Source: a virus (lineage: Duplodnaviria; Caudoviricetes). From it: a stretch of DNA of 26,166 nt. This document shows, piece after piece, positions 16,832 to 26,166 of this stretch (within the stretch, counting starts at the first letter, position 1; each line of letters starts with the position of its first letter). The notes beneath the pieces were generated by a model. That model searched no databases. It saw only the letters and a list, made by a program, of their open reading frames with translations, and was not told where the DNA came from. The translations under genes were made by a program, and so were the position numbers. The DNA lies in IMG/VR virus record IMGVR_UViG_3300005527_000256, positions 1-26,166 of that record; one strand, written 5' to 3'.

Positions 16832-19800
16832 TTCGGGCAATTCAGAGGTCTTGGCAGCAATGAATTCTGCAATAGGAGTGTGATTAGACAACAGTGTCAC
16901 ACCCTTGCTGGCAGAAAATTCACTTCTCTCATACCATATTCTTCCCAATTTCCTTATAATTGTAATTTTAGCCCCCGCAGCCACAGGTTCAGTCAGCCTG
17001 ATGTAGGGAGTAGTTCCACTCACTGAAAATTCAGCTTCTACAATCTCGTCTGCCGATGGACTGCTGGCTCCATTAGATTCCACATATACATCTAAAGGAT
17101 TTTTACGCAATCGTCTGCCCGACACAAACACTTCCACTTGATCGCAGGCACCGTAGCTAGAAGGAATAGAATTTCTGTACCAGCTAGTTCGAACTGCTTG
17201 AGTTGGTGTAAAATCTAGAGGACCAATCAGTAATGTACTACCGTCACTAATAAAATTAAATTTTTCTTGATTCTCTGTATAGGGCAGAGTATCATTGGCA
17301 CCTGCATTTATAACATAACTGCCTGCGGCATGGATTTCTGCAATTCCTGTGCCAAAACAGCCACGACGTATCTGTGACAAAATATTGCCATTCTTTTCAA
17401 AATAGTCAATACGCTCATTGTTAATGATAACCACTCCGGGAATTCGTCTACTCGGTATAGGATTAGATAATTCACTGCTGTTAGTGACTTCAATTTCAGT
17501 GTCATAGTAGTTTAGTGCTTTGGCCAGTCTAATAGTTTTTGATATTGAATGCCGTTTGTAATGATAGTTGTTGAGCATGTCTTTGAAAATTTCAAATGCA
17601 CGATTTGGTTTGTATATGATATTGCCAAACTGCACTATTTTTATAAGATCATTCACTGTTGAATCTTCTGTGAGATATATCACTGATCTTGGAGCATCTA
17701 ATCTGTAGTCTGCATCTTTGGTCAATCGTTGACCATTTTTATACACCCAAATAAAATTCTCATCTATAGGTTGTCTTGGCAGTTGAAACTGTATACGACC
17801 TCCGGTATATTCGTCGGTAATCATATTCAGTGTTGGATATTCACTGAAACAGATTATCTGTATATCATCATTGAGAGACAGATCCACAGTGGCAGGAATC
17901 ACAAGATTATTTCCAACTATAGAATATTCAGCTCTTACATTAGTTTCTATTCTTATAACATCACCTAGTGTGAGATTTTCTGCGGGAATGTTGATTAAAT
18001 TTTCGTTTCCGTTATAGGTAAAATTAATCACAAACTGTTGTAACACTTCGTTGATATAGACCTTTATACCACCCGACGTAATAGTTCCAATAGACTCTGC
18101 AGGATCTACTCCCAAGGTGATATTATTGTTTGTACCGTCATATACAAGATAAGTGGTATCGATTCCCTGTAAGAAAGTTCCATTGACATTGACTAGCACC
18201 GAAGATATTTCAGACGATCTTTGTAGATTAACAAATTGATCTACAGGAATACTGCGAGTGCTGCCGTCAAACGGCACAGTCTGTTGATTTATTCTAACAA
18301 AACTGAGATTATTAGAATTAGAATATTCACTGGATTCAAAACATATTATTTTTATCACTTGCCTAAATCCTGGTGCTACTCCAAATTGAACCATGGTTTT
18401 GTTTTCAACGCTGATAAAATCAGAGCTGTTTACAAATCCGGTATCTATTTCTTCACCATCTAGTGTGACCAACACTGCTGAAGTCTGTGCATACTGAGCA
18501 TTGGTTAAAAACAAGTTTGTTGTGCCGTCGGCTACAAATTCTTGGTAGTCGATTATTCCAATACCGCCTATGCCTATAGATACAATTTCTATTATATCGC
18601 TGATTGCAGGGGCAAGATTAAATTCAATTTCATTTTCCACAAAATCAATACTGAAATTAATAGTGCTATCTCCAATGTATTCCTGTTTGATTTTATTCAC
18701 ATATACTGTGACTGCTTTAGATTCTACTATGGTAAGTCCAATCTTGAATCTACGAGTAGATCCATCCCCTATGTATCCACGATGTTGTAAAGGAGCAGCT
18801 CCTGGATCAGTTTTGTTGAAAACTTTTATACTTACACTGTCTAGAATTTGTCCTGGAACATTTTCCTCAGGTGCTGGTACTTGATCCGGACTGACAAATT
18901 TTTCACCGTCTATGACTATTTCTTCTGGAGTCATTCCAGATGCTGAAACATAGGCGCCGCCTATATTGGCTAATGTACCGCCACTGATCCTAGTGTCTAG
19001 AAGATTTACATCACTGATTGTTACAGATCCGTCACTATCTAATTTTCTGAAGATTAGTGTATCACCAGGCTGAGTACTTAGGTATCTGTGTATTTCTATA
19101 ATTTTTGTAGAACCATCTCCGATAAATGTTGGCATTTCTGCATTAGCATTTGTGCGCACACTGGAATCTAAACTGGGATCGTACAACGGGTCGTCGATTC
19201 TGATAGGTCGATTAGTTCCTGATCGTTGAATATAGATTGATATTGGCTGATTGTTTTCTGGAGTGTAAGGCAAGGACACAAATGTGGTACTGCCGTCTGC
19301 AACATAATAAAAATCATTGCTGGATTCTACACTGTCCCAACTGTCTGTAAACCAAGGAAGAGCATCCCAGCCTCCGGTAACTTCAAAGGTTGTGCCCTGC
19401 ACTTGCACACCTCCAAAATCTATACCGGTCATTAGCTGGTCTAATTCTTGTCCTTTCATACCACTTGTTGGAGCGTAATATTTGTTAATTCTATCCACAC
19501 TGTCTAATAATAGATCATTCTTTTCATAGGTAACAACAATTACATCTCCAGCCAAGGGTGATATATAGAATTTTATTTTTCCTTTTAACAACCCATAGGT
19601 GTCTGTACTGGATGTATAGAGATCTATTTCATATTCTGTATTCAACACTGTTTGATTGTTTTTTATCACTGAAATCTTGGTTTTATCTCTAGTAGGTGCA
19701 TAGATTAAATCAAAGATTGCACTTGATCCGGTGGCTGTAAACGACTGAGTATTTGACAACTGACTATAAGTTCCTATTTTGTTGGTTCTGTCAAATCTCA

Positions 19801-22800
19801 TAGTGATATCAAAAGATCTTACCTTGCTGCTGCCCAGCACTGCTGCTGCTTTTGCAATGTTCACTGATGCTCCATTACCGCCAACTAGACTGATTACAGG
19901 AATACCCGTATACCCAGATCCTTGAGTGATGACCTGTATGCCTGATACTCTGCCGTTGGAAACAAATGCCTGTGCTGTGGCACCTGATCCATTGCCTTGA
20001 ATTAATACCGTAGGAGGTGATGTGTAGTCACTACCACCATAGGATACAGAAATAGCAGTGATTGAGTAGCCGTTATTTTCTTGCCAAGACTTCCAAGGGT
20101 ATTCATCAAGTCTATTGTAGTATTGATTTACAGGCAGTATCTTTCCATCTCTAACTGAATAAGCTGGTGGCAGATCAAAGTCAGAAGTTGCAGCACCATT
20201 GATATCAAGATTGGTGTATCTGCTGGTATATTCTCTAATGCTGGTTCTATAGGGTTTTACTTCTTCTATATATTGTTGAAAACTTTGTAGATTGTCATTT
20301 TTGTAATTTTTAGGTTGATCTAATGCACCAACGTTATGTGTGGCGTTTAAGAAACTGGTCTTGAATGCCCAGTCAATGTAGGTCTGTTCTGAGAAAGCAT
20401 ACTTGATAGATGAGAAGAACAACTTGTTCCATTCCACTGTGAGATCATCAACAAAAATATTTTCTTTGGCGGCCTTAAGGATAAATCTCAGTTCTTTGGT
20501 TGGTTGAAGATCGTACAAGGCAGCATCATAGGATCCCACATTGTCATAACCCAAGCTGTTGACCAGTCTATTGTACAATATATCTTTGATTCTTATTGTG
20601 CCACGCTGTTTACCCACAAGATTGTAGTTGTCCAACAGGGTTCCTTGATCCTCTTCAGTTCTCGCCAATACTGCCCATCCACCATTAGAATATTCTTTTA
20701 TTCTAATTAGATCTCCCACTTGGGTTTCTATAGAAGGTTCTTGATAGATATTGTCAATTTCTTTAATTATTCTTGAGCTCGGAGAATATCCTTGATCCCA
20801 CCAATCTATAAGTTCCCAATAGACAGTGGTATCATAGCCTTGAGATTTGCTACGGTAAAAAATTCTGCGTTGTTGGTCCCATCCATAGATACTCCAAAAT
20901 CCATTGGCTGTGCTGTCACTGACTAATAACACCGAAAATGGTCTGATTTTCACTATGGCTGTGGAGTATTTTTTTCCTTTTGATGTAAGTGTTATGGAGT
21001 TGACCTTGCCCTGATTGTTAAGTGTAATCACTGCTGTGGCTCCAAATCCATCTCCTTGGATTTCTACATATGGCACAGTTCTATATCCAAATCCTGGATC
21101 TACAATATCAATGGTATCAATTTCACCATTGATAATATTTGCAAAAAACTCTGCTTGGCGAATTTTTACAGTACCCACTTGTTCGAGATCAATATTAGAA
21201 TCAACGATAACATCGTACTGATTTAATAGCTGTCCGGGAATAGGATCTAATTTATTGAGATTTTCAAAGTTAATAGTATCTGCAAACGGTCTAGTCAATA
21301 AGATATCATTGATATTGTCTATGGCAATTTTCAATGCTTTGTCTCTATTCACAAACATGCTTTGACGGGGTCTTACACCGAGTCCATATTTTTTCTTTGC
21401 GGGAAGTTTTGGATCTGGAACTGCGTTACCAGCACGATCTTCACCCACAAGACTATCTAACCATTTTTCTTCAAGTGTAGCCGTAGGCAAGCTGTCAGCA
21501 ACACCGTTGGTCAACAATTGATATTCTCTGTGAACTGCGTTCAACTGCTTGCGATTTTTGATGTATTCAAAATTAATTAACGCAGTATCAGTGTTGATCA
21601 CAGTGGGCAAATTATAAGCTAAGAATTTGTCCTCACCGATCACTGCCATAAATGCAGCACCTGTGCCTATGGGGTTAGCAATGGCCGACTGTATGGCGCT
21701 GGCGGAAATTTTTCGCTGAGCCAATGACGGCAAGGTAGTTTTAGATTTTACCCAATAGTAGTGTAGTGTGCTTGTGGCCAGCCCGGTATTAGGGTTAAAA
21801 AATACTTTGGTATTGTACACAGTATCATCTATGAATTTTGGCTGACCAGATATGCCCTCTGCAAGACCTTCTACGGTATCTGCCAAGATGCTCCATTCTG
21901 ATGGTAGTAACGGACTTGCTACCCATTCATAGATATCTATAGAAGACCCGACTACCTGCGAATTCCAATTGCCAATTCTGTAGGCAAAATCATCTTGTTC
22001 ATAATTCAAATATTTTACCGTGCTAAGGTCCCACCATATCTGTCCCACAGGTTTTTCGAACCATGCCTGAGTTTCATCTATAACCTGTTCTTCAGTGGCT
22101 GTGATATAGATTGCAGGATCATACACAGTTTTAAAGCTAATTTCTTGTTCGGCTATTCCTAGTATTTTTAGTTTATATCCATCTACAATATCCAGATCAG
22201 TGATTTTTATGTTGTTAACATTGTCAAATAATTCAATGTTTTGCAGTAGATCAACATCTATAAGTTTGTTTTGTTGACCGATAGTTTTAAAACTATCTGT
22301 ATCAGTAGATGTCTTAAACAGTCTTACTCGTCCTGCTGGAGCGCCGTCAACTTGATAAGTAGGTGAACCCACCACAATGATTGAGCTGGTGGTGTCGATA
22401 GAGTATCCAAACGATTCACCTGACTGAAACTCTGCTTCTAGTTTTTCTACCAAGAAATAACCAGTGTCTTTTCGTTGATAGACATAGACCTGTCCTGGGA
22501 AACCCCTAGGATCGGAAAATGTAGTTCTACGTTTGTCAAAGGTTGTAAAATTAAATTGCGTGGTAATAGAGTATCCTGCATTCTTGGCAGCCACTACGAT
22601 CTTTTCTGTAGATGGACTTATAGATATGCTGGAACCAAAATATTCATTGGTGAAATATTCAAAACTCTGTAATTTTTGTTTCAATCTAAATTGACGCACA
22701 GAAGAATCGCTGTCAAATTTAAACACATAGGCAGCACCTTGATTCTGTTTGGTAATATCTGCCAACGGACTACTGGCCACAATGGTAGTAGCGGCGGCAT

Positions 22801-25800
22801 CTATGTCTATGGCAAATCCAAATTGATCTCCGGACGCTATAATTCCACCGTTTCCGGTGTCATTGATATCTGACAGTGAATCTGCAGTTATGGTCTGTAG
22901 CAGGGAATATCTGTTATTGGCATCTCTTTCATATATAAAAATCTTGCCGGTGGAAGGTGACGCACTGTCGCCTATATTTGACCAAGGCAATCCGTTATCT
23001 GGATAATCTGCTAGACTGGTTATAGATGATGTAGTTGCATCTATCAACCTGTGATATCCGCCCTGCCATTTGACCACATCGCCTTCTGTGTATTCCTGGT
23101 ACAGATTCCAATTGCCTTTGTAGTTAGAAAAATACTGTCCGTCTGAATTAGGGGCGCCTATAACTAACACTGAGCCATCTCGACTCATGGTCAAACTTAT
23201 ACCAAATTGGTCTCCGTCCTTGACTAGTTCTGCCAACTGGCTTGTACTCAATAGGCCTTCTGCAAGTGTTGATCCGTCATCATCCATGGCCACATTTGTT
23301 GGCAATGAGCATTGCGTGGACACAGGATCTAATTTTCTCCAATTAGTCAGCACCGTGGGTAATATTGCGCCACCTTGATTGTCAATCACCGATTCATACA
23401 AATCTCCCTGATACCATACTATCGATCCGGCCGGATAGAATATTAGAGACGATGTCTGATATAATCCTAGGTATTTGGTGTTTTCTAAATGCTGCCATTC
23501 TGTACCGTTGTAGAAATATAGATATACGCGGCCTCGACCTGTATTGGCTCCTAGTGCCGGGTCGCACAGCGAGCCCACTGCCGACACTGCCATGTAATAG
23601 GTGTTGCCGGATACACCAATTGAGATAGCACTGCCAAATTGTTCAAATGCTGCTTGGCGGGGACTCACAAAATTATGAGCAATTTCCCATTGTCCCTGAA
23701 AATACCTATACAGAGAGATCATGCCCTGATCTGTAAATCCATTTCCTCTGGCTGCAGGATTGGCATTGATTATAGTGGCTGGTTTCCAATCTTCACTGTT
23801 GAAATTAATAGAACTGCCGTCCCCTACACTGATGTTATTCACAGCTTCCCAAAGTTTTCCCTGATATAACACAGTTTCGCCTACGAGATAACTGACAGAC
23901 TGATTTAGCTCGCCTAGATAGCCACTTTTTACACCGCTGGCATTTGGTGAGCCAACTGCCAACCATCTATGATCAGGACTCACTGCTAATACCTTACCAA
24001 ATGATCCTAATACTGCTGTATCAAAATCGTTGGGTGGGGGCACTATCTGTTTCAATATCAATTGTGATCCAGCAGTCTGTGTTGTATAAATCATCACGTA
24101 ACCCGAGTCTGGAATGCTGGTAGCAATTTGTTTGAGACTGTCTAGATACACTACAGCGGTGCCCGTGCCAAGAGGAGCGGTAATCCCGTATTCTGTAAAT
24201 TCAAAAGTTGAATATTGTTTGGTTTTTTCTACAACTTCCCATTTGTTGTCGCCGTTGTTATCCACCCAGAGTTTTGATCCAAGGCCAAGCAGTGCAGTTT
24301 TTTGATCATCTAATTCTGCATAAGTTGCAAATCTCACTGTGGTGAAAATTCCTACCACTGCGGAGGTACTATCTTCTATTTCTGGCACATCAGTAGACGA
24401 TGGTGCCACAATAATGGCATTGCGTGTGACTGATGTAATCTTAAAGAATCCATTGAGATTCAATACGTATGTGACGCCTACAATATCGTCAACTGCAAAA
24501 TTATGCGGTCTTTCAAATGTCAGTTCTATTTGAGTTTCGGATAATTTTTCAACTCTGCTGATTCTCAACGCCAATTCTTCGTTGTAACGCAACACTGTCC
24601 ACGAAGACTTATCAAACGTGATCCAAAAGTGTGTGTTGTCAAACACTGTTCTAATATCTAGATCAAGAATGTCATCTTTGTTTTTGAAAATAAAATCCAC
24701 ATGTTTTTTATTAACATAACCTGCAGATCTAGTAACCCCATCATAGTCAATTAATGGGTTGAGATTTGTAGTAAAAGGAGTATCGGCTAGGGTAAAGTTA
24801 GAAGATTTTATTCTTAGATATTGATCTAAAACAATCCCCGTATCTTCACTATAGGTTATTAATATAGGTTGAGGATTGATAAGGAAAGCATCTTTTTTTA
24901 TTTCAAATTCGAATTCTTTGGTTTGATCTGTGCCACCGTATTGCGCTATTTTAAATGCCCACTCTTCTGTTAGTACCACACTGTCGTCATCTGTTCGACT
25001 GATTTTATCAAACACCTTGACAATAGCATTGGCTGTACCTTTTTCTCTGATAAATCCTTGATAAATTCTAAACTGCGTAATTTCGTCTTCGGCTAAATTT
25101 TCCAGATATTCTCTAGGCTGATATCCTATGGCATGTCTTGCAAGATTTCGTTGGCTGGATCCGACACCGTCGGTGTTTACTTCATAGTAGTCTTCAAATT
25201 GATTTATTCTATAGTCAAAATTTGGAATTAACGATTTAGTTGGAGTGGAATCAAGTTTTGTCCAACCAGCATCTTGAAATTCTGCAGAGCCTAGTTGGCT
25301 ATACCTGCTGGTCCAATTATACGATTTATAAGCAACAATATCACCAAGTTTATAGTCTGTGAAAGGTTGCCAAATCTGTATGTTGACATTGTCAAACAAG
25401 AATCCAGGACTGGTATAATCACCATCCCAATCTACTGTACGGAACCCACGGCTCTTGATTCGTTCCTGACGATATCCTGTAGGTTTATCATAGATAACAT
25501 CATTGAAAACTGTTCGATCATCAAACACAACCACATGTTCTTTGAGAACATAGTTTAATTTTAAGAAATAAATTCCTTGATTTGTATTGATAGTTGATAA
25601 ACTTATAGTTTGAAAATCTCTGTTGACATTGATATTTTGAGGTGACAGCGGGGTACCATCATCCTTTAACACCTGATAATCATAAAAACTATCTAATACG
25701 TTGTCTGCTACTCCAACTGCGAAGTTAATTTTCAACAACGATGCTGCTGGACTAAGTGTTAACAGCGATCCTTCAGACCAATTATGCTGACTCCAGAACA

Positions 25801-26166
25801 TGAATTCTTTAGCAGAAGTAAACCAATCTCTAGCTGTTTGATACTGTGAATCGTAAAAATCAAAAACAAATCCTACGCTTTTGAGATATTCTTGATAGCC
25901 TAGAATAAAATCTATCACCTGTTGAATATCAGTTACTACCTCGCCATAGAATAATTTTCTTATTTTAAGTTTGTTGAAATTTCTTCTTCTAAAAGCAGTG
26001 ATGCCACCAGTAATAGGTGCTCCTGCTAATTTCCTCCATGTTGCTATGCCATTAGGAGTTTCTTCAAATGCGGTGCCACTGGTATGGCTGCGTATACTGC
26101 GATAAAATTGATTTAGATGTCTAATTACTACCCCATTACCATAGAATTTTTCACTTTCCCAGTCAA
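16829..26166 (-). CDS. Giant baseplate-wedge-like virion protein (5'-truncated, >3111 aa) with CBM5/12-like modules, FG-GAP-like propeller and repeated beta domains
   Basis: The frame stays open upstream of the GTG at 25918 to the window edge (DWESEKFYGNGVVIRHLNQFYRSIRSHTSG...FNKLKIRKLFYGEVVTDIQQV). It contains YQGFIREKGT, FG...(V/I)G(A/S)P repeats, G(S/F)GY..P repeats and repeated (G/A)DGST motifs. Confidence 0.8.
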   Translation of the reverse strand, partial: DWESEKFYGNGVVIRHLNQFYRSIRSHTSGTAFEETPNGIATWRKLAGAPITGGITAFRRRNFNKLKIRKLFYGEVVTDIQQVIDFILGYQEYLKSVGFVFDFYDSQYQTARDWFTSAKEFMFWSQHNWSEGSLLTLSPAASLLKINFAVGVADNVLDSFYDYQVLKDDGTPLSPQNINVNRDFQTISLSTINTNQGIYFLKLNYVLKEHVVVFDDRTVFNDVIYDKPTGYRQERIKSRGFRTVDWDGDYTSPGFLFDNVNIQIWQPFTDYKLGDIVAYKSYNWTSRYSQLGSAEFQDAGWTKLDSTPTKSLIPNFDYRINQFEDYYEVNTDGVGSSQRNLARHAIGYQPREYLENLAEDEITQFRIYQGFIREKGTANAIVKVFDKISRTDDDSVVLTEEWAFKIAQYGGTDQTKEFEFEIKKDAFLINPQPILITYSEDTGIVLDQYLRIKSSNFTLADTPFTTNLNPLIDYDGVTRSAGYVNKKHVDFIFKNKDDILDLDIRTVFDNTHFWITFDKSSWTVLRYNEELALRISRVEKLSETQIELTFERPHNFAVDDIVGVTYVLNLNGFFKITSVTRNAIIVAPSSTDVPEIEDSTSAVVGIFTTVRFATYAELDDQKTALLGLGSKLWVDNNGDNKWEVVEKTKQYSTFEFTEYGITAPLGTGTAVVYLDSLKQIATSIPDSGYVMIYTTQTAGSQLILKQIVPPPNDFDTAVLGSFGKVLAVSPDHRWLAVGSPNASGVKSGYLGELNQSVSYLVGETVLYQGKLWEAVNNISVGDGSSINFNSEDWKPATIINANPAARGNGFTDQGMISLYRYFQGQWEIAHNFVSPRQAAFEQFGSAISIGVSGNTYYMAVSAVGSLCDPALGANTGRGRVYLYFYNGTEWQHLENTKYLGLYQTSSLIFYPAGSIVWYQGDLYESVIDNQGGAILPTVLTNWRKLDPVSTQCSLPTNVAMDDDGSTLAEGLLSTSQLAELVKDGDQFGISLTMSRDGSVLVIGAPNSDGQYFSNYKGNWNLYQEYTEGDVVKWQGGYHRLIDATTSSITSLADYPDNGLPWSNIGDSASPSTGKIFIYERDANNRYSLLQTITADSLSDINDTGNGGIIASGDQFGFAIDIDAAATTIVASSPLADITKQNQGAAYVFKFDSDSSVRQFRLKQKLQSFEYFTNEYFGSSISISPSTEKIVVAAKNAGYSITTQFNFTTFDKRRTTFSDPRGFPGQVYVYQRKDTGYFLVEKLEAEFQSGESFGYSIDTTSSIIVVGSPTYQVDGAPAGRVRLFKTSTDTDSFKTIGQQNKLIDVDLLQNIELFDNVNNIKITDLDIVDGYKLKILGIAEQEISFKTVYDPAIYITATEEQVIDETQAWFEKPVGQIWWDLSTVKYLNYEQDDFAYRIGNWNSQVVGSSIDIYEWVASPLLPSEWSILADTVEGLAEGISGQPKFIDDTVYNTKVFFNPNTGLATSTLHYYWVKSKTTLPSLAQRKISASAIQSAIANPIGTGAAFMAVIGEDKFLAYNLPTVINTDTALINFEYIKNRKQLNAVHREYQLLTNGVADSLPTATLEEKWLDSLVGEDRAGNAVPDPKLPAKKKYGLGVRPRQSMFVNRDKALKIAIDNINDILLTRPFADTINFENLNKLDPIPGQLLNQYDVIVDSNIDLEQVGTVKIRQAEFFANIINGEIDTIDIVDPGFGYRTVPYVEIQGDGFGATAVITLNNQGKVNSITLTSKGKKYSTAIVKIRPFSVLLVSDSTANGFWSIYGWDQQRRIFYRSKSQGYDTTVYWELIDWWDQGYSPSSRIIKEIDNIYQEPSIETQVGDLIRIKEYSNGGWAVLARTEEDQGTLLDNYNLVGKQRGTIRIKDILYNRLVNSLGYDNVGSYDAALYDLQPTKELRFILKAAKENIFVDDLTVEWNKLFFSSIKYAFSEQTYIDWAFKTSFLNATHNVGALDQPKNYKNDNLQSFQQYIEEVKPYRTSIREYTSRYTNLDINGAATSDFDLPPAYSVRDGKILPVNQYYNRLDEYPWKSWQENNGYSITAISVSYGGSDYTSPPTVLIQGNGSGATAQAFVSNGRVSGIQVITQGSGYTGIPVISLVGGNGASVNIAKAAAVLGSSKVRSFDITMRFDRTNKIGTYSQLSNTQSFTATGSSAIFDLIYAPTRDKTKISVIKNNQTVLNTEYEIDLYTSSTDTYGLLKGKIKFYISPLAGDVIVVTYEKNDLLLDSVDRINKYYAPTSGMKGQELDQLMTGIDFGGVQVQGTTFEVTGGWDALPWFTDSWDSVESSNDFYYVADGSTTFVSLPYTPENNQPISIYIQRSGTNRPIRIDDPLYDPSLDSSVRTNANAEMPTFIGDGSTKIIEIHRYLSTQPGDTLIFRKLDSDGSVTISDVNLLDTRISGGTLANIGGAYVSASGMTPEEIVIDGEKFVSPDQVPAPEENVPGQILDSVSIKVFNKTDPGAAPLQHRGYIGDGSTRRFKIGLTIVESKAVTVYVNKIKQEYIGDSTINFSIDFVENEIEFNLAPAISDIIEIVSIGIGGIGIIDYQEFVADGTTNLFLTNAQYAQTSAVLVTLDGEEIDTGFVNSSDFISVENKTMVQFGVAPGFRQVIKIICFESSEYSNSNNLSFVRINQQTVPFDGSTRSIPVDQFVNLQRSSEISSVLVNVNGTFLQGIDTTYLVYDGTNNNITLGVDPAESIGTITSGGIKVYINEVLQQFVINFTYNGNENLINIPAENLTLGDVIRIETNVRAEYSIVGNNLVIPATVDLSLNDDIQIICFSEYPTLNMITDEYTGGRIQFQLPRQPIDENFIWVYKNGQRLTKDADYRLDAPRSVIYLTEDSTVNDLIKIVQFGNIIYKPNRAFEIFKDMLNNYHYKRHSISKTIRLAKALNYYDTEIEVTNSSELSNPIPSRRIPGVVIINNERIDYFEKNGNILSQIRRGCFGTGIAEIHAAGSYVINAGANDTLPYTENQEKFNFISDGSTLLIGPLDFTPTQAVRTSWYRNSIPSSYGACDQVEVFVSGRRLRKNPLDVYVESNGASSPSADEIVEAEFSVSGTTPYIRLTEPVAAGAKITIIRKLGRIWYERSEFSASKGVTLLSNHTPIAEFIAAKTSELPE

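Larger units (their letters stand above)
1..26166 (-). other. Large tailed-phage (myovirus/jumbo-like) genome segment: baseplate/tail-fibre module plus adjacent enzyme cassette
   Basis: All long ORFs are co-oriented on the minus strand with gaps of 55 bp or less. Tail-fibre, tail-collar and baseplate-like motifs are present, along with T4-like late-promoter motifs. There are no cellular housekeeping genes, integrase or att site in the window. Confidence 0.9.

Noticed and set aside
1546-25558. Numerous short plus-strand ORFs and two short nested minus-strand ORFs (15318..15512, 17308..17505) in the ORF track
   Set aside because: They lie within long, motif-bearing minus-strand genes and have no recognisable motifs. 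They are best explained as antisense or alternative-frame shadows.
25916-25918. Track start (GTG at 25918) of the giant protein
   Set aside because: The frame remains open to the window edge and encodes a further CBM-like unit, so the true start is outside the window.
1-26166. Stop-codon reassignment as seen in some large phages
   Set aside because: Genes are full length in the standard code. TAG (1356), TGA (6415, 7272) and TAA all end genes at positions abutting the next start.
1-26166. CRISPR array, tRNA, intron or intein
   Set aside because: Intergenic gaps are 55 bp or less with no spaced direct repeats or cloverleaf. I saw no intein or homing-endonuclease motifs in the long ORFs, though this was by eye only.

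Overview
The window is a gene-dense, entirely minus-strand segment of a large tailed phage genome (myovirus/jumbo-phage-like). In transcription order (right to left) it holds a giant baseplate-wedge-like protein (>3111 aa, open past the right edge), a small baseplate-associated protein, four paralogous tail-fibre-like proteins with a shared N-terminal module, and a Ser/Thr-rich structural protein. These are followed by an AT-richer cassette of eight overlapping genes: a tail-fibre-chaperone-like protein, two GT8-like and two GT2-like glycosyltransferases, a hypothetical protein, and two paralogous radical SAM enzymes with an N-terminal twitch domain. The last radical SAM gene (1..1363) is missing from the ORF track. 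T4-like late-promoter TAAATA motifs lie in all three intergenic gaps longer than 20 bp. The one in front of the enzyme cassette sits in the loop of a hairpin that sequesters the Shine-Dalgarno sequence. The most interesting hypothesis is a late-expressed, hairpin-gated system that glycosylates the virion or tail fibres and tailors the sugars with radical SAM enzymes. All family assignments are from motif recognition, not database searches.
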